Shown here: positions 18,900 to 27,936 of the stretch, in pieces
Layout: every line of letters starts with the position of its first letter
Position numbering within the stretch: the stretch's first letter is position 1
From: an uncultured Gammaproteobacteria bacterium
GTDB taxonomy: Bacteria; Patescibacteriota; Patescibacteriia; SG8-24
Length of the DNA: 64,000 nt
Direction: 5' to 3'
NCBI GenBank assembly: GCA_964626205.1
Contig: CAZVED010000004.1
Span: 2,163-66,162 of the forward strand
The notes under the pieces: generated by a model
What the model was told of the DNA's origin: nothing
The model's input: the letters and a program-made list of their open reading frames with translations, nothing else
Database searches by the model: none
Position numbers and translations under genes: made by a program

Positions 18900-19865
18900 T
18901 CACTTCTTCTTCCCTTTCCGGTCATGAAACGACGTGAAGACTTCCTTCAACCGTTCATCCGTGATGTGCGTATAGATCTGGGTCGTCGTGATGGAGGAGT
19001 GGCCGAGCATCGTCTGCACGCTTCGGATATCTGCGCCGTTCCGCAGCAGGTCCGTCGCGAACGTGTGCCGCATCGTGTGCGGGGTAATGGCCTTCGTGAT
19101 CCCCGCAACCTTCGCGCACTGTTTCACGATGCGCTGCACGCTTCTCGGCGTGAGCCCTACGGCTTCCTCGCGTCCGGACGCCGCGCGGTCGTGCCCGACG
19201 AAGAGGAACGGTTCCATGTCGCGGCGCTTGGCAAGATATTTCTCCAGCCAATACCGCGCTGAGTCCGACATGAAGACGACTCTCGGCTTGTCGCCCTTAC
19301 CGCGCACGGTAAGCTCCTCGCGTTTGAGATTCACCATGTCGCGGCGCAGCGATGCGAGCTCGGAAACACGCATACCGCTCGAGAACAGCAGTTCCAGAAT
19401 CGCCTTGTCGCGCAACTGCACGAGCGTCATCTCCTTCTCGCCGACCTTTCTGCCATCCTTGCGTGTCATCGGCGTTTCAAGGATGCGCTGCAGTTCATGG
19501 TCTTCCAAAAACTCCACATGGCGTTCTGGCATGCGTGCAAGCTCGATCTTCTCGGGCGCCAATGCATCGATGTCACGCTTGGAAAGGTATTTCAAAAATG
19601 ACCGCAATGAGATGAGGTGATAGTTCTGCGTGTTCTTCTTCATTCCCTTGCCATTCTTGTCCTTGTATCGGTTCAGCCACACGCGGTACGCGCGCACCAT
19701 ATCGAGCGTCACCGCCTTCGGCTCCACACCTTCCGCCCACGTAAAAAACCGCTCTAGGTAGAACTTGTAGTTGCGTACCGTCCGCTCGGAACGGTTTCGC
19801 TCGACTTCAAGGTAGACCATGAAGTCATCGATGAGTTTCTGCGCAGCGGGATTCGCTGTTGCCAT
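18900..19865 (-). CDS. Tyrosine site-specific recombinase, XerC/XerD-like
   Basis: An N-terminal SAM-like domain (FMVYLEVERNRSERTVRNYKFYLERF) is followed by a C-terminal catalytic domain with R...HTMRHTFATDLL...GHSSITTTQIYTH. Confidence 0.8.
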   Translation of the reverse strand: MATANPAAQKLIDDFMVYLEVERNRSERTVRNYKFYLERFFTWAEGVEPKAVTLDMVRAYRVWLNRYKDKNGKGMKKNTQNYHLISLRSFLKYLSKRDIDALAPEKIELARMPERHVEFLEDHELQRILETPMTRKDGRKVGEKEMTLVQLRDKAILELLFSSGMRVSELASLRRDMVNLKREELTVRGKGDKPRVVFMSDSARYWLEKYLAKRRDMEPFLFVGHDRAASGREEAVGLTPRSVQRIVKQCAKVAGITKAITPHTMRHTFATDLLRNGADIRSVQTMLGHSSITTTQIYTHITDERLKEVFTSFHDRKGKKK

Positions 19866-20077
19866 AGGTCTTCATATTATACGACACTTTTCAGTCGATG
19901 TCGACCGTCAGGGAAACCACCCTTGCCAAGTCTCTGGCCCGTTGCTACCCTACCCCAGTAAATCACTACGGCTCCCCGGCGACTTAAGCTCAATAAGGCT
20001 AGGGATACCGCTCATCGAGGCCGCTGAAAATAAGCTTGATTAGGCTCATTTCCAGCGCTCTCGCGAACTACCCATTT

Positions 20078-20353
20078 ATGCTCGATCGAGCAGCAAAAGA
20101 GAAGATTATCGCGAAATTCAAGATGCACGATAAGGACACCGGCTCGCCGCAGGTCCAAATCGCCATCCTGACCGCAGAGATCAAGGACCTTTCGGACCAC
20201 CTCCTCATGCACAAGAAGGACTTCTCCTCCCGGAAAGGTCTCCTCCGCAAGGTCTCCGAACGCCGCCGCCTCCTCAAGTATCTCGTCCGCGAGAGCAAGA
20301 AGGAGCACGACGACCTCGTCGAGAAGTTGAAGCTCAAGGTCACCAAGAAATAG
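20078..20353 (+). CDS. rpsO: 30S ribosomal protein S15
   Basis: The sequence is ...DTGSPQVQIAILTAEIKDLSDHLLMHKKDFSSRKGLLRKVSERRRLLKYL. Confidence 0.9.
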   Translation: MLDRAAKEKIIAKFKMHDKDTGSPQVQIAILTAEIKDLSDHLLMHKKDFSSRKGLLRKVSERRRLLKYLVRESKKEHDDLVEKLKLKVTKK

Positions 20354-20356
20354 GAC

Positions 20357-20385
20357 TGAAGCGCCGGTTTTTCCGGCGCTTTTGT
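20357..20385 (+). terminator. rpsO terminator/attenuator hairpin (agcgccgg-ttttt-ccggcgct + T)
   Basis: A hairpin plus U-tract lies immediately after rpsO. Confidence 0.6.
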
Positions 20386-20417
20386 CACTCCCGACGAGGG
20401 AGTATACTCAAGACACT

Positions 20418-21002
20418 ATGATCAAGCACAAGAGTCAGCGCGTCGGTGTCTTCATCGACGTGCAGAACATGTACTACTCGGCGAAGAAGCTCTATAACAT
20501 GAAGGTCAATTTCGGGGAGATCCTGAAGGAGGCCGTCGCAGATCGACAGCTCATCCGCGCGATTGCCTACGTCGTGAAGGCGACAGGCGAAGAAGGCGCG
20601 TTCTTCGAAGCCCTGCACGACCGCGGTCTCGAGACGCGCGAGCGTCCGGTGCAGGTGTTCCAAGACGGCGCAAAGAAGGCCGACTGGGACGTTGGCATGA
20701 CGGTCGACGCGATCCGTATCGGGGAACTCCTCGACGTAATCGTGCTCGTTTCCGGCGATGGTGACTTCGTGGAGCTGGTGGAATACCTCAAGCACCACGG
20801 ACGCCAAGTCGAAGTCCTCGCCTTCCGCGAAACGTCGTCCTCGAAGCTCGTGGAGGCGGTCGATAGCTTCACCGACCTGTCCCATGACCAAGAGCGGTAC
20901 CTCATCGTCGATCGTCGCGCCCCACATGGGCCGCGAAAGTCAGCAAAGAGCGGCTCCGATGACGCAGGGAAAAAAGGAACGCGCGGACGGATCATCACCT
21001 AA
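20418..21002 (+). CDS. NYN (LabA-like) domain protein
   Basis: The NYN signatures are VGVFIDVQN...VLVSGDGDF. The track ORF starts at TTG 20382. Confidence 0.7.
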   Translation: MIKHKSQRVGVFIDVQNMYYSAKKLYNMKVNFGEILKEAVADRQLIRAIAYVVKATGEEGAFFEALHDRGLETRERPVQVFQDGAKKADWDVGMTVDAIRIGELLDVIVLVSGDGDFVELVEYLKHHGRQVEVLAFRETSSSKLVEAVDSFTDLSHDQERYLIVDRRAPHGPRKSAKSGSDDAGKKGTRGRIIT

Positions 21003-21124
21003 GCACCGACAAAAAATCTTAACCAGCCGAGCGCGCGCTGGCCTGAAGACACCGAGACCTGGAGCCTCGCGGCACCGACGGTCTTACGCCTTCAGACGAG
21101 TTCACCGCGCCGGCCACAACTACT

Positions 21125-23356
21125 ATGGACGTGAAGTCCTTCGAAACCCAATGGGGCGGCAAGACCCTCACCGTCGAGACGGGAAAGCTTGCACTTCCCG
21201 CCGGCGGTGCCTGTACCGTCCGCTACGGCGACACCGTCGTCCTCGCGACCTGCACCAAATCCCCGAACCCTCGTGAAGGCGTCTCGTTCTTCCCGCTATC
21301 CGTCGACTACGAAGAGCGCCTCTACGCCTCCGGAAAGATCAAGGGCTCTCGTTTCATCAAGCGCGAAGGCCGCCCCGGCGACGAGGCCGTCATGACGGGC
21401 CGCATGATTGACCGCGCATTGCGACCGCTCTTCCCGGATGGCATCGTACATGAGGTACAAGTCATCGTCACCGTGCTCTCCGCGGATCTCGAAAACAATT
21501 CCGATATCGTTGGCATGGTCGCTGCGTTCATCGCGGTCTCTATCTCCGATATCCCCTGGAACGGCCCCATCGGCGGCATCCGCGTCGGTCGTGTGGATGG
21601 CGAATGGGTCATCAACCCGACGTTCGAGGCAATGAAGAAGTCCGACATGGATGTGGTCGTCGCGGGCACTCCGGACAAGGTCGTCATGCTCGAGGCAAAC
21701 GGGAACGAGATTCCCGAAGACGACATGGACGCCGCCATCCAATTCGGACAGAAGCACCTCAAGGAGATCATCGATCTTGCGAACCAGGTTGTCACCACGG
21801 TCGGTAAGAAAAAGTGCAGCATCGCCGAGCTCTCCGACTCTGCAGACGACGAAGAGACGAAGAAAGAGCGGGCAGAGCTCGTTGAGAAAGCGCGTACGTT
21901 CCTCGCCGATCGCATCGAGAAGGCTTTCTTCGGCGCGCCGAAAGAGACCAAATCCGAACGACGCGATGCGAAAGCCCGCCTGAAGCACGAACTTGATGAA
22001 ATGCTCAAAGAGCAGCAGGTCGGGAAGGACAAGCGCAAGATCGCGACGGACTGCGTCGAAGAGCTCGTTGAAGAAGCCGTCTCCAAGGCCATCCTCGAGC
22101 GCGGCCAACGTGTCGACGGACGCTCGCTCACGCAGATCCGCGAGCTCGGTGCCGAAGTCGGCCTGCTTCCACGCACGCACGGCTCCGGGTTCTTCCGCCG
22201 CGGTGAGACGCACGTGCTCTCCACTGTGACGCTCGGCTCCCCGAGTGCCGCACAGATCATCGATGGCATGGAAGAGGAGTACAAGAAGCGCTACATGCAC
22301 CACTACTACTTCCCACACTACTCCGTGGGCGAAACAGGGCGCATGGGCGGCACCGGGCGCCGCGAGATTGGTCACGGAGGCCTCGCTGAGCGCGCGCTCA
22401 TGCCGGTGCTTCCGGACAAAGAGACGTTCCCTTATACCATCCGCGTCGTCTCTGAAGTCGTCTCCTCCAACGGTTCCAGCTCCCAGGCATCCGCTTGCGG
22501 CTCTACGCTCGCGCTCATGGACGCAGGTGTCCCGCTGAAGCGCCCGGTGGCGGGTATCGCCATGGGCATCGCGACGGACGAAGCGACCGGCGCCTACAAG
22601 ATCCTCACGGATCTCCAGGACCTCGAAGACGGCGAGGGGGGCATGGACTTCAAGATTGCCGGCACCGAGAAAGGCATCACGACCATTCAGCTCGACACCA
22701 AGACCAAGGGTCTCTCGCACGCCATCGTCACCGAAACGCTCGCCCAGGCACGTCCGGCACGCATGCAGGTTCTCGGCGAGATGGCCAAGGCCATCGCCGC
22801 GCCGCGTGCAGAACTTTCTCAGTACGCCCCACGCCTCGTGAGCTTCTCGATTCCGATCGACAAGATCCGTGAAGTCATCGGTCCGGGCGGCAAGGTCATC
22901 AACGAGATCATCGACGCGACCGGCGTCACGATCGACATCGAACAAGATGGCATCGTCACTGTCTGCTCCACTTCTGGCCCAGCCATGGACGAAGCGGTCA
23001 CGCGCATCAAGCGCATCGTGAAGGGTGTCGAAGCCGGCGAGCTCTTCAAGGAGGCGAAGATTGTTCGCATCATGGACTTCGGCGCATTCGCCGCACTCAC
23101 CGCGACGCAGGACGGTCTCATTCACATCTCCGAACTCGCGCCGTGGCGTGTCGCCCGTGTAACGGACGTCGTCAACGTCGGCGACATCGTTCCAGTGAAG
23201 GTGGTTGCCATCGACGACATGGGTCGCGTGAACCTCTCACTCAAACGCGCGAAGGAAGAGCTCGGCATTCCGCAGGAAAAACCGGAAGGCTACGACGAGA
23301 ACAGCGGGGGCGATGACCGCCGAGGTCCGCCGAGCCGAGGTCCGCGCAAGTTCTAA
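21125..23356 (+). CDS. pnp: Polynucleotide phosphorylase (two RNase PH domains, KH, S1)
   Basis: The protein is 743 aa, with a typical PNPase N-terminus MDVKSFETQWGGKTLTVETGKLA... and C-terminal KH and S1 regions. Confidence 0.95.
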   Translation: MDVKSFETQWGGKTLTVETGKLALPAGGACTVRYGDTVVLATCTKSPNPREGVSFFPLSVDYEERLYASGKIKGSRFIKREGRPGDEAVMTGRMIDRALRPLFPDGIVHEVQVIVTVLSADLENNSDIVGMVAAFIAVSISDIPWNGPIGGIRVGRVDGEWVINPTFEAMKKSDMDVVVAGTPDKVVMLEANGNEIPEDDMDAAIQFGQKHLKEIIDLANQVVTTVGKKKCSIAELSDSADDEETKKERAELVEKARTFLADRIEKAFFGAPKETKSERRDAKARLKHELDEMLKEQQVGKDKRKIATDCVEELVEEAVSKAILERGQRVDGRSLTQIRELGAEVGLLPRTHGSGFFRRGETHVLSTVTLGSPSAAQIIDGMEEEYKKRYMHHYYFPHYSVGETGRMGGTGRREIGHGGLAERALMPVLPDKETFPYTIRVVSEVVSSNGSSSQASACGSTLALMDAGVPLKRPVAGIAMGIATDEATGAYKILTDLQDLEDGEGGMDFKIAGTEKGITTIQLDTKTKGLSHAIVTETLAQARPARMQVLGEMAKAIAAPRAELSQYAPRLVSFSIPIDKIREVIGPGGKVINEIIDATGVTIDIEQDGIVTVCSTSGPAMDEAVTRIKRIVKGVEAGELFKEAKIVRIMDFGAFAALTATQDGLIHISELAPWRVARVTDVVNVGDIVPVKVVAIDDMGRVNLSLKRAKEELGIPQEKPEGYDENSGGDDRRGPPSRGPRKF

Positions 23357-24788
23357 GCAGCATCGTGTGCGGTCGGTCCGAGTCATCACGACGCATCGCA
23401 CGACACAAGAGGGTGATGGACGCGCGTCGTCCGTCACCCTCTTCGTGCTAGGTATCGCCGCAATCGTCGCGGGAAGTTTCTTGTATGCCTACCGCGTCTC
23501 CCGCCCACTCGACACGATTGCCTCCTACGTTCCTGCTGAAGCCACTGCATACGTGCATTTACGTACGACGCAGCAGCATACGCTCGCGTACGGCTACACA
23601 CTCTTCGACATTCCCGCAGGCCTCACACCAAACGAAGCTGCCGCATTCCTCCTCGAAGACGCTGATGGTGGTGGTCGCTGGACGACCGTTCTTGCATGGA
23701 ACGACACTGCCTCCATCACTGCTGCGGAGCGCGACATCATCACAACGACCGATGTTGCATGGCTTAATGACGCGACGCTGGTTGTCCGGCACGACGATGG
23801 CAAGATGGTGTCGACGATGCTCGCCGCCAAAGCATCCGGAAACTCAATCAATGCCGGCGCTGTCGCGAACGGACTCCGACAAATGCGCTCCGTCGCACCG
23901 CTGCAGGGGTATGTTGCGGACGCGCGATTGTCAGACGACGCTACAGCTCCGACAGCGACCGTTTTCGGAACGACCTTCGATGACGACGGTGGCTCCTTGA
24001 CGCTCCTCCTGCCACTCGCCACAATCCCGAACGAATTACCACTTCTTGGGTTCGGCCTCGCAACCGCCGCGCGCAGTACGACCTCCTTGTCCGCGCGAGC
24101 CGCCGTTGTTTCCGACGCATCCGTCATCCATCGCCGCCTGAGCGGTGCTGCCGCCCCACCCTTCTTCGTGAACGACGATTTCATTGCCGCCGCCCGTGAC
24201 TACGGTGTGCCAGCCGACACCTCCATCGATGTCGCCTTTAGGGCACTTCTCGAGGGCCTTCACCCCCCTTTCACGTTCTCTGCCACCATAGACGGCACCG
24301 CACTGCTTCACCTGCCATCTACGGATCCCGAAGCCTTAGCGGACGACATCGACCATTTCCTCGGCGCGCTCTTCCCGGCAAAACATCCGCTCACCCTTCC
24401 GGACGGCACGACAACCAACGAGTTCCGTAGGGATACGACCCTGCCCGCGGTCATGACAGTAAACGACTCCTCCCCATGGCCGATGCGCGTTTCAGCGACT
24501 CACGTCTCTGGACTACAGCTCTTCATCTCCCCGGATGACAACCATGGCAGCCTCCTGGCAAGCTCTGTCGAGGGTCTTTCTCCATCAATGTCCCCCACCG
24601 TCACTTCGGACTTGAGCAACAGGTGTCGGCACCTTTCAAGCTTCGCCAAAGAATACCTCCTCACCGACAGCCTTCCAATACCCCTGAAAGAGGGCGGGCT
24701 GCTCTATTCCGATCCCCTGGGGCGACTTGGTTTGGGACAGGTGGTTTTGCTATATCTCGATGACGGCGTGTCCGTTGTCTGCGGATGA
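23313..24788 (+). CDS. Hypothetical membrane-anchored extracytoplasmic protein; the true start is uncertain (possibly GTG ~23364)
   Basis: A single TM helix (VTLFVLGIAAIVAGSFLYAY) is followed by a ~440-aa Ala/Thr/Asp-rich domain. The listed ORF start overlaps the pnp 3' end by 44 nt. Confidence 0.4.
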   Translation: MTAEVRRAEVRASSKQHRVRSVRVITTHRTTQEGDGRASSVTLFVLGIAAIVAGSFLYAYRVSRPLDTIASYVPAEATAYVHLRTTQQHTLAYGYTLFDIPAGLTPNEAAAFLLEDADGGGRWTTVLAWNDTASITAAERDIITTTDVAWLNDATLVVRHDDGKMVSTMLAAKASGNSINAGAVANGLRQMRSVAPLQGYVADARLSDDATAPTATVFGTTFDDDGGSLTLLLPLATIPNELPLLGFGLATAARSTTSLSARAAVVSDASVIHRRLSGAAAPPFFVNDDFIAAARDYGVPADTSIDVAFRALLEGLHPPFTFSATIDGTALLHLPSTDPEALADDIDHFLGALFPAKHPLTLPDGTTTNEFRRDTTLPAVMTVNDSSPWPMRVSATHVSGLQLFISPDDNHGSLLASSVEGLSPSMSPTVTSDLSNRCRHLSSFAKEYLLTDSLPIPLKEGGLLYSDPLGRLGLGQVVLLYLDDGVSVVCG

Positions 24789-25347
24789 TGTAGGTATCTT
24801 GTGGATAAATAAGCCTGCTCTGGGTAAAAATGAACAACTTCCGTGCTCAGTAAAAAAGTACGCCATCAACAGGCGTATTTTTTTGCTTCAACAAAGCGAT
24901 TTTATCGCTTGAGTACGCTTATTGACCATCAGCCTTATTCGTGGTATAGTTCCTTTGTCGTTCATTACAACGCTTCGAGAAGGAGAGCTGAGCCGGACCT
25001 CTGTCAGGCCCATTTCCCCTTCTCTACTACTCCTGCACTCCTCATCGAAATCAAAAACAAAATTCGAAAAAGGTGCCGGTATCCCTCATTATAAGGCTTC
25101 GGCCTTCGAGGGTTGCTACCAGGGAATGGTAAAGAAGTATCGTTCATTTACGCTGAAGTATCCGATCGATGCGGACGTGATGCTTGTCCTCTTACGAGGC
25201 CAAACACCACGTCCGACATAGACGCATACTCTAGCGCCTTCTAAGGTGCAGGTGATGCCAATAGTCTTCTATAAGGGCGTTCCTGCACCTTTTCAATTTC
25301 CAAAAATCCGCTGCTGCCGCCGCCCACCTCATCTCTGGCAGCTTACC

Positions 25348-25374
25348 GAAAGACCCCAAAAGGGGTCTTTTTTA
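25348..25374 (+). terminator. Rho-independent terminator (agacccc-aaaa-ggggtct-tttttt) inside a gene-free region
   Basis: The stem-loop is perfect and has a U-run. It lies ~70 nt upstream of the dksA-like start. Confidence 0.6.
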
Positions 25375-25439
25375 GGCCCCTGTTTGCGTTCCTTAGATGG
25401 AAACTATAGACTTCCTTTGCTGACGCTTGGTGCAGCGTA

Positions 25440-25820
25440 ATGACCCCTATGAACAAGGCATTCATCAAGGAAATGCAGGAGACGCTGGAGGCGGAAAAGA
25501 CCCGCTTAGAGGCCGAGCTCTCTGAGTTCTCGACCAAGAACCCGGCGAATTCCAGCGACTACACCGCGGACTTCCCGAACATGGGCGACAAAGAAGACGA
25601 GAACGCCGAAGAGGTCGCTACCTACAGCACGAACCTGACTCTCGAGCGCACGCTCGAAGCCTCTCTTCGCGATACGGAGAAGGCACTCAAACGTATCGCT
25701 GGGGGCACCTACGGTATCTGCAAATACTGCCAGAAAGAGATCGACGAGAAGCGCCTTCGCGCGCGGCCGTCATCCAGCTCCTGCGTCGAATGCAAGAAAT
25801 CATTCACTCAAGAGATGTAG
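25440..25820 (+). CDS. DksA/TraR-family C4 zinc-finger protein
   Basis: An N-terminal coiled-coil is followed by a C-terminal CKYCQKEIDEKRL...CVECKK motif (CxxC-N17-CxxC). Confidence 0.75.
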   Translation: MTPMNKAFIKEMQETLEAEKTRLEAELSEFSTKNPANSSDYTADFPNMGDKEDENAEEVATYSTNLTLERTLEASLRDTEKALKRIAGGTYGICKYCQKEIDEKRLRARPSSSSCVECKKSFTQEM

Positions 25821-26236
25821 CTCGCGCGCGGTCCATCCTCTGGGCCGCGTTTGCGATTCTGGCCGCAGACCGCGTCGCTAAGATGCTGGTTGCACTCGAC
25901 GTGTCCGCTCAAATCCTTCCGGGGGTCGATTTCCGCCTGTTTCGGAATGACGGTATCGCCTTCAGCATTCCCGTGCCGGATATCGTCTTCTGGCCGCTCG
26001 CCGTCGCGGCATTCCTCGCGCTCATCCGTCTCTGGAATACCTTGCGAGAGCGACAGGACGAGATCGGTTCTGCCTTCGTCACGATGATCCTGCTCGGTGC
26101 GCTCTCCAACATCGCCGACAAGCTGCTCACCGGAGCCATCACCGACTATCTCATTTTCGCCGGACGGTCGGCAGTAAACCTCGCGGACGCCATGATCATC
26201 GGCGGCGCGCTCGCGCTCCTCTTACGCAAGACATAA
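25790..26236 (+). CDS. lspA: Lipoprotein signal peptidase (signal peptidase II)
   Basis: The sequences AAFAILAADRVAK, FRNDGIAFS and NIADKLL...AVNLADAMI match LspA (Asn/Asp catalytic motifs). The gene overlaps the dksA-like gene by 31 nt. Confidence 0.8.
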   Translation: MQEIIHSRDVARARSILWAAFAILAADRVAKMLVALDVSAQILPGVDFRLFRNDGIAFSIPVPDIVFWPLAVAAFLALIRLWNTLRERQDEIGSAFVTMILLGALSNIADKLLTGAITDYLIFAGRSAVNLADAMIIGGALALLLRKT

Positions 26237-26268
26237 AAAAAGCCCGCCCTCATCCGGGCGGGTTTTGC
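26235..26268. terminator. Bidirectional terminator (gcccgccc-tcatcc-gggcggg + ttttg, A-run before)
   Basis: The hairpin sits between lspA (+) and the convergent minus-strand small-gene cluster. Confidence 0.6.
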
Positions 26269-26291
26269 GTTCGAGACGCATGGCTTCGTCG

Positions 26292-26684
26292 TCACTTCGA
26301 CAGGTTCGCGATGGCACCACGAGTCGCGGCGACCTCCTTTGCAACGGAGGCGGCATCCGCTTCCAGGTCCGCCTTGAGTCGCTCGAGGAGCGGCAACAGA
26401 TCCACCCTGAGCACCGTGACCTGCTTCGCGATCTTCTCCGCGACGATCGAGGCGATGCGGAGCTTTGCCGGAAGCAACGACTTCGCGGCCTCCAACGACT
26501 CCTGCACCCACTTCGATTGTTTCGGCGTGAGCGGGACCTTGGCGACAGCCGTTCCGTCTGCGAACGCCTCGATAGCGCAGGACACGACGACAAGCTTGTG
26601 GCGAATCGACGCCTGGCGCTCCTCGAGCCTGCTCGCGACCATGGTCAACTCCGCAATCTTGCGCTGCGTTTCCGTTGTGGGCAT
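26292..26684 (-). CDS. Hypothetical soluble coiled-coil protein (~130 aa)
   Basis: AGGAGG-N7-ATG sits at 26684. The protein is MPTTETQRKIAELTMVASRLEERQASIRHKL... Confidence 0.45.
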   Translation of the reverse strand: MPTTETQRKIAELTMVASRLEERQASIRHKLVVVSCAIEAFADGTAVAKVPLTPKQSKWVQESLEAAKSLLPAKLRIASIVAEKIAKQVTVLRVDLLPLLERLKADLEADAASVAKEVAATRGAIANLSK

Positions 26685-26785
26685 TACACCCTCCTTCTGG
26701 CCGCTAAGAAGGCCGTGTCGGTAGCTTACCTTTCTGCACAAAAAAGAAAACCCCGGTACATGATCGAGGTTTATGGCACGCCGCA

Positions 26786-27088
26786 TTACCGCATCTCCTC
26801 ACGTTCGTCGACGATCTTCGTGCGCCACGCGAACAACGCCAACGGGAGACCAAGAACAAGAAGGACTGTGAGGCCTGGCAAGCCGAGAGATGCGAAGAGC
26901 ACCATCGCCGCGACGATCGCGGCGACACCCGCACCACCAACGATGCGCACGAACATGCCGAGTGCCACGTTCATCCCGATGCAGGTAAGAACGAAACCAT
27001 CGTGAACTTGAAGGAAACCCGCAAGGACCACGAAAGCGACAACACCGAACCCAAGAAGAAAGAGCAGGAAGTCCTTGTAACGCAACAT
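26786..27088 (-). CDS. Small membrane protein (~100 aa, 3 predicted TM)
   Basis: AAGGAGG-N5-ATG sits at 27088. The protein is MLRYKDFLLFLLGFGVVAFVVLAGF... Confidence 0.45.
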   Translation of the reverse strand: MLRYKDFLLFLLGFGVVAFVVLAGFLQVHDGFVLTCIGMNVALGMFVRIVGGAGVAAIVAAMVLFASLGLPGLTVLLVLGLPLALFAWRTKIVDEREEMR

Positions 27089-27152
27089 GACCACCTCCTT
27101 GCAGGACAGGTGAACGTAGCACAGAAACCCCGTGGCGTCAATCATTAACCAA

Positions 27153-27183
27153 CGAAAAAACCGTACCGGCAAGGCGGTACGGT
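27153..27183 (-). terminator. Terminator for the downstream small gene (ccgtaccg-gcaag-gcggtacgg; T-run on minus strand)
   Basis: The hairpin is followed by an A6 run on the plus strand. Confidence 0.5.
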
Positions 27184-27192
27184 TTCCGAAAG

Positions 27193-27450
27193 TCATCGCG
27201 GCGGCTCTTGCGTGGCTCGACAACCCGGGCACCCGTCCTCACCGAACGGAAGGCCGTGCAGCGCGCAATGCTGCGGCCCGAGCTCTCTGCGGTTTGCCGC
27301 CATGCGCATCGAAACGAGCACGGTCAGGCTGACGAGAGCGATGAAGAGCGAGATGACAGACTCCAGCAATCGGACCTCTTCCCGTATTCCGATAAGAAGT
27401 CCTACAACGATAGCAACGGAAAGTGCGGCTTCGATGAGCGCTTGTCGCAT
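27193..27450 (-). CDS. Small membrane protein (85 aa, 2 TM)
   Basis: GGAGG-N5-ATG sits at 27450. The protein is MRQALIEAALSVAIVVGLLIGIREEVRLLESVISLFIALVSLTVLV. Confidence 0.45.
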   Translation of the reverse strand: MRQALIEAALSVAIVVGLLIGIREEVRLLESVISLFIALVSLTVLVSMRMAANRRELGPQHCALHGLPFGEDGCPGCRATQEPPR

Positions 27451-27465
27451 GATGACCTCCGTGCG

Positions 27466-27636
27466 CTAGTGTCCCTGCAGCAAATGCTGGTACAGGTACT
27501 GCTCGTAGCCGGACCTCATGTTTCCGAGCATCATCATGCCGATGTCGTGCATGCTGGTGACGAGCAGGAACCCCACGGCACCGACCGCCAGCAGCGCTGC
27601 CGCTACCAGACAAACGGACCCGATGGCGGACAACAT
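27466..27636 (-). CDS. Small membrane protein (~56 aa, 1 TM); an alternative TTG start ~27660 would give ~64 aa
   Basis: The protein is MLSAIGSVCLVAAALLAVGAVGFLLVTSMHD... AAGGAGG lies 5 nt upstream of an in-frame TTG. Confidence 0.35.
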   Translation of the reverse strand: MLSAIGSVCLVAAALLAVGAVGFLLVTSMHDIGMMMLGNMRSGYEQYLYQHLLQGH

Positions 27637-27741
27637 TTCGTTCTTCGGACGTTCGTTTTCCAAACGATCCTCCTTGGTGGTTGTCCCGCGATGTTCCGAG
27701 GGACGTTCCAGTATGCACCCTGACGCCTCGTCCGTCAATAC

Positions 27742-27771
27742 GAAAAAACCGCACCCAGAAAAGGGTGCGGT
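27742..27771 (-). terminator. Terminator (ccgcaccc-agaaaa-gggtgcgg with A6 on plus = U-run on minus)
   Basis: It lies downstream of the 48-aa gene. Confidence 0.55.
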
Positions 27772-27777
27772 CGACTG

Positions 27778-27924
27778 CTACTGCGGACGCCGAAGGCGGC
27801 GAATGGCGCTAGCGTAGATGACGAGTCCGAGAAGTCCGAGAAGGACAACTTTCTTGACGATGGCGACAGCGACGAGCGTACCGGCGACGGCAATACCGCC
27901 GAATACGAACAGCTTCATGCGCAT
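27778..27924 (-). CDS. Small membrane protein (48 aa) not in the ORF track
   Basis: AAGGAGG-N5-ATG. The protein is MRMKLFVFGGIAVAGTLVAVAIVKKVVLLGLLGLVIYASAIRRLRRPQ. Confidence 0.4.
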   Translation of the reverse strand: MRMKLFVFGGIAVAGTLVAVAIVKKVVLLGLLGLVIYASAIRRLRRPQ

Positions 27925-27936
27925 GAGAACCTCCTT

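Noticed and set aside
18643-19865. Prophage or genomic island integrated at tRNA-His/Arg with its integrase
   Set aside because: The recombinase has XerC/D hallmarks. The flanks are core genes (lipoprotein, rpsO, pnp). No att-like duplication of the tRNA 3' end was seen.
24789-25440. RNase P RNA, tmRNA or SRP RNA in the gene-free region
   Set aside because: I could not find the conserved P4 sequences (GGAAAGUCCGG / ACAGAACCCGGCUUA), the tmRNA 3' tRNA-like end, or the SRP domain IV motif. It is kept only as a generic sRNA or leader candidate.
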